DNA of 25,032 nt from a virus (taxonomy: Duplodnaviria > Caudoviricetes): positions 1-25,032 of the IMG/VR virus record IMGVR_UViG_3300011102_000072; one strand, given 5' to 3'. Positions 7,761 through 16,835 of this stretch are shown here, piece after piece (the first letter of the stretch is position 1; every line of letters begins with the position of its first letter). Below the pieces are notes generated by a model. The model ran no database searches, was not told the origin of the DNA, and saw only the letters and a program-made list of their open reading frames with translations. The position numbers and the translations under genes are program-made.

Positions 7761-8386
7761 TATGGTTCCTCGGGGGGTGGGCGCCCGCGATTCGGTGGCC
7801 TGCCGGGGTTGTGGACGGGGACGGGCCTGTTGCCCCATGTCACAACCTTGTTCTGGATTACGGACACTTGATTGAAGAAGTCGTCCGTTGAATCGAACAG
7901 CCGCTGATGCTCTTGCGTGTACAGCCAGCCCGCCGACTTGTTCCAGCGAATGAGGCGGTTTTCGCAGGTGAGCGTGATGATCGAAGATCCGGTTTCCGTG
8001 CGGATCGTCATCACGTCCATCAGTCCTTCCCAGATGAGTTGCGGCGTCGTGACGAGATCGAGCGTTTCGGCGTTGAGGTATCCGACCCACAACCGAACGT
8101 CGCGCCCGTGATAGTCCTCGGTCAGCGTCGTTGCGATCAGCGAGTTGTCGACGCCGGACAGTTGAAAGTCGAGCTTGTCCGGATGCAGGTTGCCGTTCTC
8201 GCGCACGGGCCCGATGCCGGCGAGCTTGCCGACAGCGCCGAATTCATTGCCCTGATGCGTGTACGTCCTTACGCCGGAATTCAGGCGCACGGTGCCGGAG
8301 GAGAACTCGAACTCGGCGAGCAGGACGTACGTGACGTGCGGTAGAGATGCGGCGTCCTCGTTGGCCGTGAGTGCGAAGCGAGTCAC
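7760..8386 (-). CDS. minor tail / hub protein
   Basis: GTG 8386 is coupled to the upstream stop. LSGVD...YHGRDVRLW...WEGLMD...CENRL...D.FF pattern of siphophage hub proteins. Confidence 0.8.
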   Translation of the reverse strand: MTRFALTANEDAASLPHVTYVLLAEFEFSSGTVRLNSGVRTYTHQGNEFGAVGKLAGIGPVRENGNLHPDKLDFQLSGVDNSLIATTLTEDYHGRDVRLWVGYLNAETLDLVTTPQLIWEGLMDVMTIRTETGSSIITLTCENRLIRWNKSAGWLYTQEHQRLFDSTDDFFNQVSVIQNKVVTWGNRPVPVHNPGRPPNRGRPPPEEP

Positions 8387-8697
8387 AGCCGCCTGACCTC
8401 GCCGACGATCTTCTCGTGATCGAAGCCGCGCAGTCGTGCGATGACCCAAACGCGGGCGAAGAACTCGGAGCGGAACTCGCGGCGCTGAATGACTTCGCGA
8501 TCGTCAGGGCGCGGCATTGATGCGTCCAGCGGGATTCGAAGCCCGCCCGGATGCGCCTCGTACTGCCAGTTCCTCTCGCCTCTCGGGAACTTCGTCAGGG
8601 GTCCGTCGAAATAGACGATCGCGACGTGTTTCTTAGGCGCAGCCGTCCACCTCGCCAGCTTCGAGAGCCAGCGAACGAGCACGTTGGAGAGGTTCAT
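8383..8697 (-). CDS. hypothetical protein (104 aa) inside tail module
   Basis: Coupled at both ends (TGATG and GTGA). Basic and aromatic, with no recognised motif. Confidence 0.65.
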   Translation of the reverse strand: MNLSNVLVRWLSKLARWTAAPKKHVAIVYFDGPLTKFPRGERNWQYEAHPGGLRIPLDASMPRPDDREVIQRREFRSEFFARVWVIARLRGFDHEKIVGEVRRL

Positions 8698-10292
8698 CAG
8701 GAATCGAGCGCTTCTTCGAGGACCATCTCGAACGACGACAAGCCGCCCGGCATCGCATCCCAACCCCCCTCATTGCTCGGCATCACACACCGCGCCATCG
8801 GGTTATTGATGATGATCGGCGCGTTGTCGGCGGGAGCACTGCGCAACGGATACGCGAGCTGAAGGTACGCGAGCCCGGCCGCGTCCGAGTTCACTGGCGC
8901 GACGACCATGTTCAACTGATTGCCGATCTGCACGCGGTCGCCGGGGAGCAGCAGGCCGGTCGTGCTCGCGGGCCAGCCTTTCGTGTAGAAGTCTTTGCCG
9001 GCTTGGGATGTACCACTTGGCAGCGCGGTCGAGGTCGTTTGAGTCACGCGGACAGGAACGCTCGACCTTGCGAGCCCAAGTCCAGAAACGATTAAGCTCG
9101 ATGTACCGTCCCCCGTATATGAAACAGATGTGCCAGACGCCATCTCTGCAAAGAAGTGCGCAGCGCTTGAGGCTGCACAACGTGCGATGACAGAGCAATA
9201 GAAGTATCCATTTCCAAGATCTTGGATGAACCCACGCGCATTTGTTCCGGTACCGGCATTAATCGGAGTGCCGGCCGTGCCGGCACCCAGATCAAAGACA
9301 CATGCCCCGCCATTAGACCCGTCGCTACCGACAAAGAGACGCACGTTCCGCGTGCCGTTGTTACGGCCGAACACGCCATGAGCTTCTAAATCCTCATCCG
9401 CACTCGCACGGACCACGGATTGAGTGATGAAGTGCGATCCGGTCGAGGTGTCCTCAGTAATGATTTCTGCATTCACAACACGATCTGGACCGAACGCAGA
9501 ATCGGCTGTGACCGTCAACAGCCCGCTCTTGGACCATGCGGCATTGTCAATGGCGTGAGAGTGAAGTAGCAGGTTAGACCCGTTGTCGATCAAAGCGCAG
9601 CGAGAACATGATGCGTAAGGAACTTCGAAATAGTCTCCCGCTAAAGTGCCGCTTGCCACATTGTTGTCTAGGAATATGGGATTGCCCGTGATGTTCGGCA
9701 CGAACCACGCTGTAGTGATCCCGGTTTTCCCTATGCCTAAGTTCGATCCGAATGCGCCGCTGGCATTGCCAGAACTAACGGAGAAGGTGGCATAGGGATT
9801 TTGGCCTTTGTTGGCCGTAACTGCGAACCGAAAGACGTGCGGCGCATACCGTGTGAGTGTCGGCGTCTGAGTCGCGTATGCATTGGCGCCGATAACGGAC
9901 TTACGGACGACGCGCAGCACGCGGTCGTTCGCGCTAAGGACGGCATCGCTTCCTGCGCTCCATCCGGTCGTGCCATTCGCAAACGTGTTGTTGCTCAGCA
10001 ATTCCTGAGACGGAAACGATCCCCTCTGCACATACGCCGGGTCCGCAAACCAGATACGCGCCGACATGCCGCGGGCTTGCATGCGAAGTGCCTGCAACGC
10101 CGCCTTCGTCGAGTACGTCTCGCGGTTGCTCGCGTTCGCAGTGCTGATGCCCCAACGCCAGCGGTCGCCAGTACGGTCCACAGTGCGCAGCGCGCCGGTG
10201 AATACCGAGCGCGAGCCAGCCGTATTCGCGAGCGCGTCGATGCGCTCGGAGGAAACGCGAGCGTTTGGCGGGAAGATCAGTTCGTTCGCCAT
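8697..10292 (-). CDS. distal tail protein (Dit-like) with a large inserted, probably carbohydrate-binding region
   Basis: First gene after the tape measure. Dit-like N-terminus (SVFTG...GDRW...ARG...FADP) and C-terminus (LLPGDRVQIG...PLRSAPADNA...EEAL), separated by about 335 aa of beta-rich sequence. Confidence 0.75.
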   Translation of the reverse strand: MANELIFPPNARVSSERIDALANTAGSRSVFTGALRTVDRTGDRWRWGISTANASNRETYSTKAALQALRMQARGMSARIWFADPAYVQRGSFPSQELLSNNTFANGTTGWSAGSDAVLSANDRVLRVVRKSVIGANAYATQTPTLTRYAPHVFRFAVTANKGQNPYATFSVSSGNASGAFGSNLGIGKTGITTAWFVPNITGNPIFLDNNVASGTLAGDYFEVPYASCSRCALIDNGSNLLLHSHAIDNAAWSKSGLLTVTADSAFGPDRVVNAEIITEDTSTGSHFITQSVVRASADEDLEAHGVFGRNNGTRNVRLFVGSDGSNGGACVFDLGAGTAGTPINAGTGTNARGFIQDLGNGYFYCSVIARCAASSAAHFFAEMASGTSVSYTGDGTSSLIVSGLGLARSSVPVRVTQTTSTALPSGTSQAGKDFYTKGWPASTTGLLLPGDRVQIGNQLNMVVAPVNSDAAGLAYLQLAYPLRSAPADNAPIIINNPMARCVMPSNEGGWDAMPGGLSSFEMVLEEALDS

Positions 10293-12022
10293 CAGAAGCG
10301 CCCTCGACGGCGATCTTCACGGAGCTCGGCTTTTGCAATGTCGGCGGCCTGGCGGATGATCGCGGGCATTTGCGACTCGAGACGGCGGACGGCGTCGACG
10401 GTCGCGCCGCGTGCGTCGATCGGCATGTTGATCGTGACCCCTCCACCACCGTAGCCCATCGCAAACGCTCCAGGGCCACCGCCCCAGATCGGCTCGGGAC
10501 CATGCTCGCCGGCGATGTACCACTTGCCTGATTGCAGCGGTCCGCCAGATGCTTTTCCGCCGCCGAATGCGCCAATCAGAGTGCCGAGCCAGTTCCCCGC
10601 GCCTCCACCGCTACCGCTTTCGCCGAACAGCGCCTCAAACAGCTTTGCAGACGCAGCCTCGGCGAGCATGCGGCGAATCGTGTCGGCGAAGCCCTTGAGC
10701 ATTCCCTTAAGTCCGTCCTGGAACGGATCAAACAGGAAGTCTGCAAAGTGGCCCTGCATGTTCCGTGCGGCTTCTTCTGCAAACACTGACATGCGCGTGG
10801 TCTTGTCGAGCGTGTCATCCAGGACGGAACCGACTTCCTGGAAGTGCATGCGTAGCGCTTCGCTCATGTCCGCATGCGAGTTCTTGATGCCACCCGCTGC
10901 AGCTTTCGCAACGTCCTCTTCGTATTCGAAGGCTTCCGCGAAAGACTCCGCAGTGTTCCGAGCCTCGTTTTCAAGAAAGCTCGCGTTCTGCTCGAACTCA
11001 AGCATCGTCTGAGGATTGAGGAAGCTTTTCGTGATCGAGTCGGGAGGGGCCTGAAAACCTGGAGCGTTAGAGCCTTTCGCCGGCCGCGTCTTCCCTGGAG
11101 ACGTGGCAAAGACGAGTTGCATATTCAGGCGTTCGAGTTTCTTGGTTAGCTCGTCAATGCGCTTCCCGTCTACGATCTGATCGAAACCTAGGCCGCTGGC
11201 CTCCTGCAGCTCGCGCTTAGTCCTCTCGATCTGATCCAGCAACTCCCCAATCTTGTCCTTGTCGATAACGTCTGCAAACTGCAATGCCTTGACGGTGCCG
11301 ACAGCAAGGACGCCAGTGAACTTCTCCCACGTTGCCGTCAGCTTCTTCATGGCGTCGTCGGCTTCCTGCATCGCCTTGACGGTTTTATCATCCATCACGC
11401 GGCCGAACTTTTCAGCCTGCTCGCGCGCCTCGCGGATGCCGGCAGCTCCGCGCTCGAACATCGGCAGAAGATCAGCGCCGGCCTTGCCGAAGATTTCAGT
11501 TGCGGCCCTTGCCTTGTCCTCTGCCTTTTGAAGGCGAGAAATCCCTTCAGCGATCCGCTCAAATTGCTGATCTGCCTTCATCCCCTGAAGGTCGCTGATC
11601 TCGACACCGATTGCCCGGAATGCCTCAGCCTGCGCCCGTCCGCCGCTCGTTGCTTTCGACAGATTCACCTGCATGAAACGCAATGAATCCGAAACGCTCT
11701 TAAGCGAGATATCGAACTGCTTGCCGGCGGCAGCAAGCTCCGACATCTCGCGCGCGCCAATGCCGGCCTTTACTGCCGCCTTGCCGATCTCGTCGCCGAA
11801 CTCCACAGCCTGACGGATCGAGCTGGCCAGCATCCCGACACTAAGGCCAGCGAACCCTACCTTCAGGACGTTGCTGAATGATTTGAACGAGCGTTCGATA
11901 GACGAAAGCGAGGTGTTGGCCTGTTTCTGGAAGCCGAGCAACTTCCTGTTGGTCTTCTCAAGCTCGGACTGAAATTGCGCGCTCTGGAGCTCGAGACGCG
12001 CCACGAGTTTTGCTATGTCCAT
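10292..12022 (-). CDS. tape measure protein (576 aa)
   Basis: IAKLVARLELQSAQF N-terminus, Ala-rich helical body, IFGKAGADLLP, and C-terminal ASGG...GEHGPE. Confidence 0.92.
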   Translation of the reverse strand: MDIAKLVARLELQSAQFQSELEKTNRKLLGFQKQANTSLSSIERSFKSFSNVLKVGFAGLSVGMLASSIRQAVEFGDEIGKAAVKAGIGAREMSELAAAGKQFDISLKSVSDSLRFMQVNLSKATSGGRAQAEAFRAIGVEISDLQGMKADQQFERIAEGISRLQKAEDKARAATEIFGKAGADLLPMFERGAAGIREAREQAEKFGRVMDDKTVKAMQEADDAMKKLTATWEKFTGVLAVGTVKALQFADVIDKDKIGELLDQIERTKRELQEASGLGFDQIVDGKRIDELTKKLERLNMQLVFATSPGKTRPAKGSNAPGFQAPPDSITKSFLNPQTMLEFEQNASFLENEARNTAESFAEAFEYEEDVAKAAAGGIKNSHADMSEALRMHFQEVGSVLDDTLDKTTRMSVFAEEAARNMQGHFADFLFDPFQDGLKGMLKGFADTIRRMLAEAASAKLFEALFGESGSGGGAGNWLGTLIGAFGGGKASGGPLQSGKWYIAGEHGPEPIWGGGPGAFAMGYGGGGVTINMPIDARGATVDAVRRLESQMPAIIRQAADIAKAELREDRRRGRF

Positions 12023-12350
12023 CAGCCGGCCATCGCGCTCAGGATCTTCACGAGGTTCGCGTTAGCGGTCTTCTGCCGCTCCTGGCGCCGCTTCTCCGCT
12101 GTTTCGGGGTCGACGTACATGAAATCCTCGCAAGTAAACGTTCTGGACCGGCTGAACACGTTTGCGACGACGGTACACACGGACGCCGCATGCATGTTGT
12201 CGCGCCACGTCCCCCACGGATCGCGGCGGTACTCGTCCATCCATTCCATAAGCTCGCGGTACGGCAACACACGCTCAAGGTGCGTGACGGTCATCCCCAG
12301 ATGCGGGGCGAGCTTGAAGAGAAACCTTCGCTCTGGGGATTCAGTTTTTT
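12022..12350 (-). CDS. tail assembly chaperone, gpT-like downstream part
   Basis: PERRFLFKLAPHLGMTV...ELMEW...DPWG. The coding-like sequence begins upstream of the first internal ATG (12294), at the A7 run. Confidence 0.75.
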
Positions 12351-12637
12351 TCGCCGAACCCGCTGAGACGATGAATCTCATTCACGAGTCGAGCGACGAC
12401 GCGGTGCGGACCGCCTGCAATAGTCCTGGCTTGTTCGTCCGTGAACCGCTGGCTTCCGTCCTCATTCAGCACGCACGCCTTAATCAGAGAAGCCAGCGCG
12501 CCCACCTTGTCGGTTTCCTTGCGCATATCGAACTCTGCTTTCTCGATTGCAGAGAACTCGCGAACAACAACAGGATTGCCGTCGACATCGAGCGTCACTC
12601 GCCGAAGCTCGGCGAGTGCAAGCAGTGGATCACTCAT
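12341..12637 (-). CDS. tail assembly chaperone gpG-like
   Basis: Lies between the tail tube and TMP genes and ends GEKN* on the slippery sequence GAAAAAAACTGA. Confidence 0.82.
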   Translation of the reverse strand: MSDPLLALAELRRVTLDVDGNPVVVREFSAIEKAEFDMRKETDKVGALASLIKACVLNEDGSQRFTDEQARTIAGGPHRVVARLVNEIHRLSGFGEKN

Positions 12638-13080
12638 CAGGCGTACGCACCCTTCGTCACGGCCCCGCTGATCTTGATCGAGAAGCTAGCGACCGACTTC
12701 TCACCGACCGGACCCGTGACGCGCCACGATCGGACCGTGCCATTGAAACGGAACCCGAACTGAGGCGACGCGTTCAGCACCGAGATCTGGAATGACATCA
12801 GCGTGTCATTCAGATAGGCGTTGTACATGGTCGTGAAGTCGGCGGCGTTCTGAGCCGAGCCATGAAAATTCATGGTCAGCGGGATTTCCACGCCATCGGC
12901 CAGGCCGTTTCGGTACTCGCGCGCCGTCGAAGTCTGGTTCGTGATGTCGAGCAGCGGCTTCTCTTCGCCGAAGTCTCCGAAGTCGATCACCGCGTTCAGG
13001 GTCGTGTAGGCGTTCGGGGAAACCGCCGTGTTGAGGTACTTGAACCGAAGTTCATTACCGATCACTGCTGCTGCAGTCAT
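12637..13080 (-). CDS. major tail tube protein
   Basis: DIT...AREY..GLADG...F.G.V...IKISG pattern, strong GGAG RBS, and synteny. Confidence 0.88.
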   Translation of the reverse strand: MTAAAVIGNELRFKYLNTAVSPNAYTTLNAVIDFGDFGEEKPLLDITNQTSTAREYRNGLADGVEIPLTMNFHGSAQNAADFTTMYNAYLNDTLMSFQISVLNASPQFGFRFNGTVRSWRVTGPVGEKSVASFSIKISGAVTKGAYA

Positions 13081-13095
13081 GTTTGCAAGCTCCAG

Positions 13096-13123
13096 AAATG
13101 AAAAACCCGCCTTTCAGCGGGTT
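13096..13123 (-). terminator. intrinsic terminator-like hairpin upstream of tail tube gene
   Basis: Minus strand reads AACCCGC-TGAAAG-GCGGGTT then TTTCATTT. Confidence 0.65.
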
Positions 13124-13135
13124 GTTGTGGGGGAT

Positions 13136-13549
13136 CTAGTCCGTGTGCCAAACCATGTAGGTCTGGGTCATTCGATAAAGCCCAGGGTCCGGGTCTTCGA
13201 CCGGGAACTCGTTGTCAATGTTGATCGTCCTGATGTAGTGACCGGATACCGTTCCGTTGAAATCGAGGATCGAGCCCCTGACGGCATCCGCCAATTGCAC
13301 AGCTTCCTTGTACGTCGTCGCATAGGCGTCGATCTGATACGTCGTGCTCGCGAGCGTGTCCGTCCCGCCCTTGGTGACTCCACGGGTAGCGCCGATCCTC
13401 GTGTAAACAAGGCATGGCATGTACGTGGTATCGCCTTCCTCGTGCTGGGGAATCACGAGCGGATAGATACGGAACGACGAGCCTTCTGAGACAATGGTCG
13501 CTACCCCCGCGGAAGACTTCAGCAGGGTGAACATGGCCTCGTCGATCAT
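13136..13549 (-). CDS. tail terminator / tail completion protein (DUF3168-like)
   Basis: RIYP...PCLVY...YQIDAYA..Y.EA..LA..VR pattern. ATGA-coupled start at 13549. Confidence 0.82.
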   Translation of the reverse strand: MIDEAMFTLLKSSAGVATIVSEGSSFRIYPLVIPQHEEGDTTYMPCLVYTRIGATRGVTKGGTDTLASTTYQIDAYATTYKEAVQLADAVRGSILDFNGTVSGHYIRTINIDNEFPVEDPDPGLYRMTQTYMVWHTD

Positions 13550-13971
13550 CGGCTGAGCCTTCGAACACGCCGCGTGAGGTGCTGCTTGATCTCGGTAAGC
13601 ACCGCGTTTTGCGATCCCTGCAGCGCAGGTCGAAGCCAAGGACGCGCCGGCATCTTCGACGTTCCGAGCTCTATGAACTGAGTCGCATAGAACGCTTCGC
13701 GCCTAGGGCCGACCAACGCAACAGCGGTCCCGTTCTTCTTGTCCACGAACGCTACTAAACGAATCGATCGCTTCGCGAAGCCTCCGAAAACTCGATTCCC
13801 CTTGTAAGTCTTGTGCGGAATATTACCCACCGGGACACCGGCCACGGCCCGCCGATGCACGACCTCCATCGCCTTCCTCGCCGTGCCGCGAAGCTCCTTG
13901 GCAGCAACCATGACACCCAGCTCGTTGAGCTTCCGAGTAAGTTCTGCTACGCCTTGCAACTGACTAGCCAT
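13546..13971 (-). CDS. HK97 gp10-like neck/tail completion protein
   Basis: GVAEL..KL N-terminus and FYATQFIELGTSKMPARPWLRPA. Confidence 0.88.
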   Translation of the reverse strand: MASQLQGVAELTRKLNELGVMVAAKELRGTARKAMEVVHRRAVAGVPVGNIPHKTYKGNRVFGGFAKRSIRLVAFVDKKNGTAVALVGPRREAFYATQFIELGTSKMPARPWLRPALQGSQNAVLTEIKQHLTRRVRRLSR

Positions 13972-14302
13972 CTCGGAACCCAGCCGCGCCTCGGTTGATG
14001 CACATCAAGTGAATCTCTCGGTTCTTCGTCGGATCAGGAAGAACGGCTTCAATATCGAAGACCGTTGACCCGTGAAGAACTCGCATCTTTGGCGTGATCC
14101 CATCGCGAGCGCGAATCCGGATTCGAGTCGTGACGCTCGACTGCACCTGAGATGCCGAGAAAAGCTCACGCCCGGAAAGCGGCTCAATCGCCGCCCAGAC
14201 CGTCGCCAAAGCCGACCACGAAGGGATCACGCTGCCCGTGGAGTCCTGTGTTTTCGTCTGCTGCTGGATCGTCACGCGATGCCGCAGCTTCCCAGCCCTC
14301 AT
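13964..14302 (-). CDS. head closure protein (SPP1 gp16-like)
   Basis: MRAGKLRHRVTIQ...VWAAIEPLSGRE...IRIR..DGITPKMRV. Confidence 0.92.
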   Translation of the reverse strand: MRAGKLRHRVTIQQQTKTQDSTGSVIPSWSALATVWAAIEPLSGRELFSASQVQSSVTTRIRIRARDGITPKMRVLHGSTVFDIEAVLPDPTKNREIHLMCINRGAAGFRDG

Positions 14303-14916
14303 GGCACGCGGTAGCCCGAGATCAGCGCCTCAACGGCATATGGAATATTCATGGCCTGGCCGATGACGACCGTCTCGCGGTTCTCGTACCAGTGACCCAC
14401 GAGCATGAGAATCGCTTGACGCAGAGGATCTGGAACGCCTTCCCCAACGAAGTAGACACTTGGCGACACGGAGTCATCCACGAAGTCGGTATAGCCCGCT
14501 ACAAATCGAACCGTGACCGCTTCCACCTGCGGACGAACATCTGGCCATGTGGCGTTATATGCCGACGTAATTACGCCCTTCGGGCGATTCGTCATCACCG
14601 TGTACAGGTTCGTTGAAAGAACCTGCGTTACTCCGCTTCCGTCGACATAACTGACGGAACGTACCCCCAGGAGCGGCGGACACGGAAGCTCAATCCATGC
14701 GCGTCCATTCCGAGCTGGCCAGCACCAGTCAATCGTGTAGTCGTACATCCTCGAGACAATCGGCCGATGTATCTCGTGCTCGACAAGATACCGAGCCGCA
14801 AGGAGATAGCCGGCAATAAGCCCATCATCGTTGTCGATGTCGACGCGACAATGCGCCTTCGCTTCGGAGATCGTCACCGGATCGGTCGATGGTCCCCTGA
14901 CAACTGAAAGACCCAT
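14299..14916 (-). CDS. head-tail adaptor (gp6/gp15-like)
   Basis: PVTISEAKAHCRVD...DD.LI and VP..LRQAILMLVGHWYENRE. Confidence 0.92.
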   Translation of the reverse strand: MGLSVVRGPSTDPVTISEAKAHCRVDIDNDDGLIAGYLLAARYLVEHEIHRPIVSRMYDYTIDWCWPARNGRAWIELPCPPLLGVRSVSYVDGSGVTQVLSTNLYTVMTNRPKGVITSAYNATWPDVRPQVEAVTVRFVAGYTDFVDDSVSPSVYFVGEGVPDPLRQAILMLVGHWYENRETVVIGQAMNIPYAVEALISGYRVP

Positions 14917-14917
14917 G

Positions 14918-15655
14918 CTATTCCTCGAACAAGTGAGCTATCGGCTTGCCTTCTCGAATCTCGTCATGCGACCACTGTGTCCATGCGAGCGCGTGACACC
15001 ATGGACGCCTGTCCGGCTTGCGGATGTCGTCCAGCGAATGCCCGGTGACATCCCAGGCCATTGAGCCTTCGTCCATCGTTACAGTCGGAATTCCTTGCAT
15101 GACACACTGAACCGCAACCGACGAGTTCAGCGTCACCGCAACCGCGTCTTCGAAGTCCGTTGCGATCTGCAGCCCGGTCGGATTCTCGCCGGCCGGATGC
15201 TTTCGGAAATGAGTTGCCGGAACACTGGCGTACCAGTCAGCAAGCGATCGGTAGCGCGGCGAGTACGTCTCGGTTTGACCGCAAAGCACAACACGCGAAC
15301 CACGCGGGCGCCAGGGTTCGAGATCCACGCCCATGCCTTCCCATCGCGCAGGCGAAATCTCAGCCGGACAACGATGGTCGCCACGCCTGCCATGCCCGTT
15401 CCATACCAGTGAGACCCAGTGATTTGTATCGCCGAACGAGCATCGATCAACGAGCAGATACGGACCCGTCGCTTCGATCCGTCGCCAGCATGTCGTGCCT
15501 AGCAGGATCGGAAACCCGATCTCGGTCCGTACCCGAGAGTCCGTGATCGTTGCGGCTATCCCTATCTTTGCCAGGCCCTCGCGCATCTTCTGCGCGAAGG
15601 GCCCATGCCACCCGATCCGAGACTCGCAATGAATCGACGCTAAGCGGCTTCCCAT
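14918..15655 (-). CDS. putative glycosyltransferase, capsule-synthesis (KpsC/KpsS-like) GT-B type
   Basis: VVLCGQ, FRKHP and AVTLNSSVAVQCVMQGIP motifs resemble the Q...HP...T.NSS.G.EA...G.P signature. Confidence 0.65.
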   Translation of the reverse strand: MGSRLASIHCESRIGWHGPFAQKMREGLAKIGIAATITDSRVRTEIGFPILLGTTCWRRIEATGPYLLVDRCSFGDTNHWVSLVWNGHGRRGDHRCPAEISPARWEGMGVDLEPWRPRGSRVVLCGQTETYSPRYRSLADWYASVPATHFRKHPAGENPTGLQIATDFEDAVAVTLNSSVAVQCVMQGIPTVTMDEGSMAWDVTGHSLDDIRKPDRRPWCHALAWTQWSHDEIREGKPIAHLFEE

Positions 15656-16311
15656 ATCTGCCGCAGCTCATCGCTCGGATGCAAGTCGTTCATTTTCGGG
15701 TTGCCGTGAAACACCGTAATCGGTGCCGGACCAGCGCCACGCCTCGCGTGGTACTTGAACGACTGAATCATGTCTTCCGGCAAGAATCCGATCTTGTCCG
15801 GATACATCACACGGCTAATGTGATTCTGATCTCCATGCAGTTCCTGCATGACTTCGGGGCTGAACTTTTCCCACACGTCGCGAGCTGCATCGCCGCGCCA
15901 AGCCATGACGGACGAGTTGCAGCATCCAACGCCGCCGAGCATGCGACGGAGTGAAGCATCTAACCCACCACGAGGGGATTTTAGCGAATACGAGAAGTCG
16001 TCCCTCATCCACAATCGAGTCCTGTCGGATCTTGCGACGTGGACGATGCGGTCGATATTCGATCGAATGACGACATCCAAATCAAGGTATAGAACATCAT
16101 CGTCGAATAGACCGGGACGAAACAGAGAAATCTTCGCCCACCATGTCGGAAGGCCGGACTCTAGCGGCAAACATTCAACACCTCCGACAGCCCTATCCGT
16201 GAGGCAAACAAACCGATGTTCGATAGACAAGTTATGTCGAACCATCGAGCGCAGACGAAGCACCCACTCATCACCATAGCGAGTGCCCCATTTCACGCAT
16301 GCAACGATCAT
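15640..16311 (-). CDS. GT-A glycosyltransferase (GT8-like)
   Basis: CVKWG..Y, FVCLTD, WWAK, LYLDLDVVI (DxD), NSSVM, GDQ and VFHG.PK. Confidence 0.85.
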   Translation of the reverse strand: MIVACVKWGTRYGDEWVLRLRSMVRHNLSIEHRFVCLTDRAVGGVECLPLESGLPTWWAKISLFRPGLFDDDVLYLDLDVVIRSNIDRIVHVARSDRTRLWMRDDFSYSLKSPRGGLDASLRRMLGGVGCCNSSVMAWRGDAARDVWEKFSPEVMQELHGDQNHISRVMYPDKIGFLPEDMIQSFKYHARRGAGPAPITVFHGNPKMNDLHPSDELRQIWEAA

Positions 16312-16835
16312 TGGTTCTTGTAGAGCAGACTCTTGTCTGGCATCACGAACGGTCGTTCTTCAACCCGCCGAACGCGACAGAACCACATCTCGCGTGGATA
16401 TACGCCGCTGACGTACAGGCGTTCGACTTCAAGCCCATTCAACTCAGCAAGCTTGCGGTAGAACTCATCCGTTGGGTACCAAATCCCATGCCACTGCCAG
16501 TTCCCTTTCTTTGGCGTCGTGCTCACCAGAACGCTGCCGACGTGCATGGCCTCAAGGATATTCCGCCAGACCGGCTCTTGCTGGTCGACGTGCTCGGTCG
16601 TGCCGATGTTCGTCACCATGTCGAACGTCCCGAGACCCAGCGGCTTCCGAAGGTCCATCTTTAGAGCGCCGTCCTCGCCGTTCCAGTCGACGCTGACATG
16701 TCGGAATCCGAGGCTTTCAAAATACGTCTTGTAAATGGCCTCTCTGTTCTTCTTGTTTCCCAACTCCAACATCGAAGAGCCAACGAGCGGCGAGTAAAGC
16801 TCCCACTCTGCCTGTCGATTATGAAATGGGTTCAC
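16308..16835 (-). CDS. class I SAM-dependent methyltransferase
   Basis: MLELG (motif I), VSVD, DLRKP, FDMVTNIGTTEHV and G.VLV..TP. Confidence 0.82.
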   Translation of the reverse strand: MNPFHNRQAEWELYSPLVGSSMLELGNKKNREAIYKTYFESLGFRHVSVDWNGEDGALKMDLRKPLGLGTFDMVTNIGTTEHVDQQEPVWRNILEAMHVGSVLVSTTPKKGNWQWHGIWYPTDEFYRKLAELNGLEVERLYVSGVYPREMWFCRVRRVEERPFVMPDKSLLYKNQ

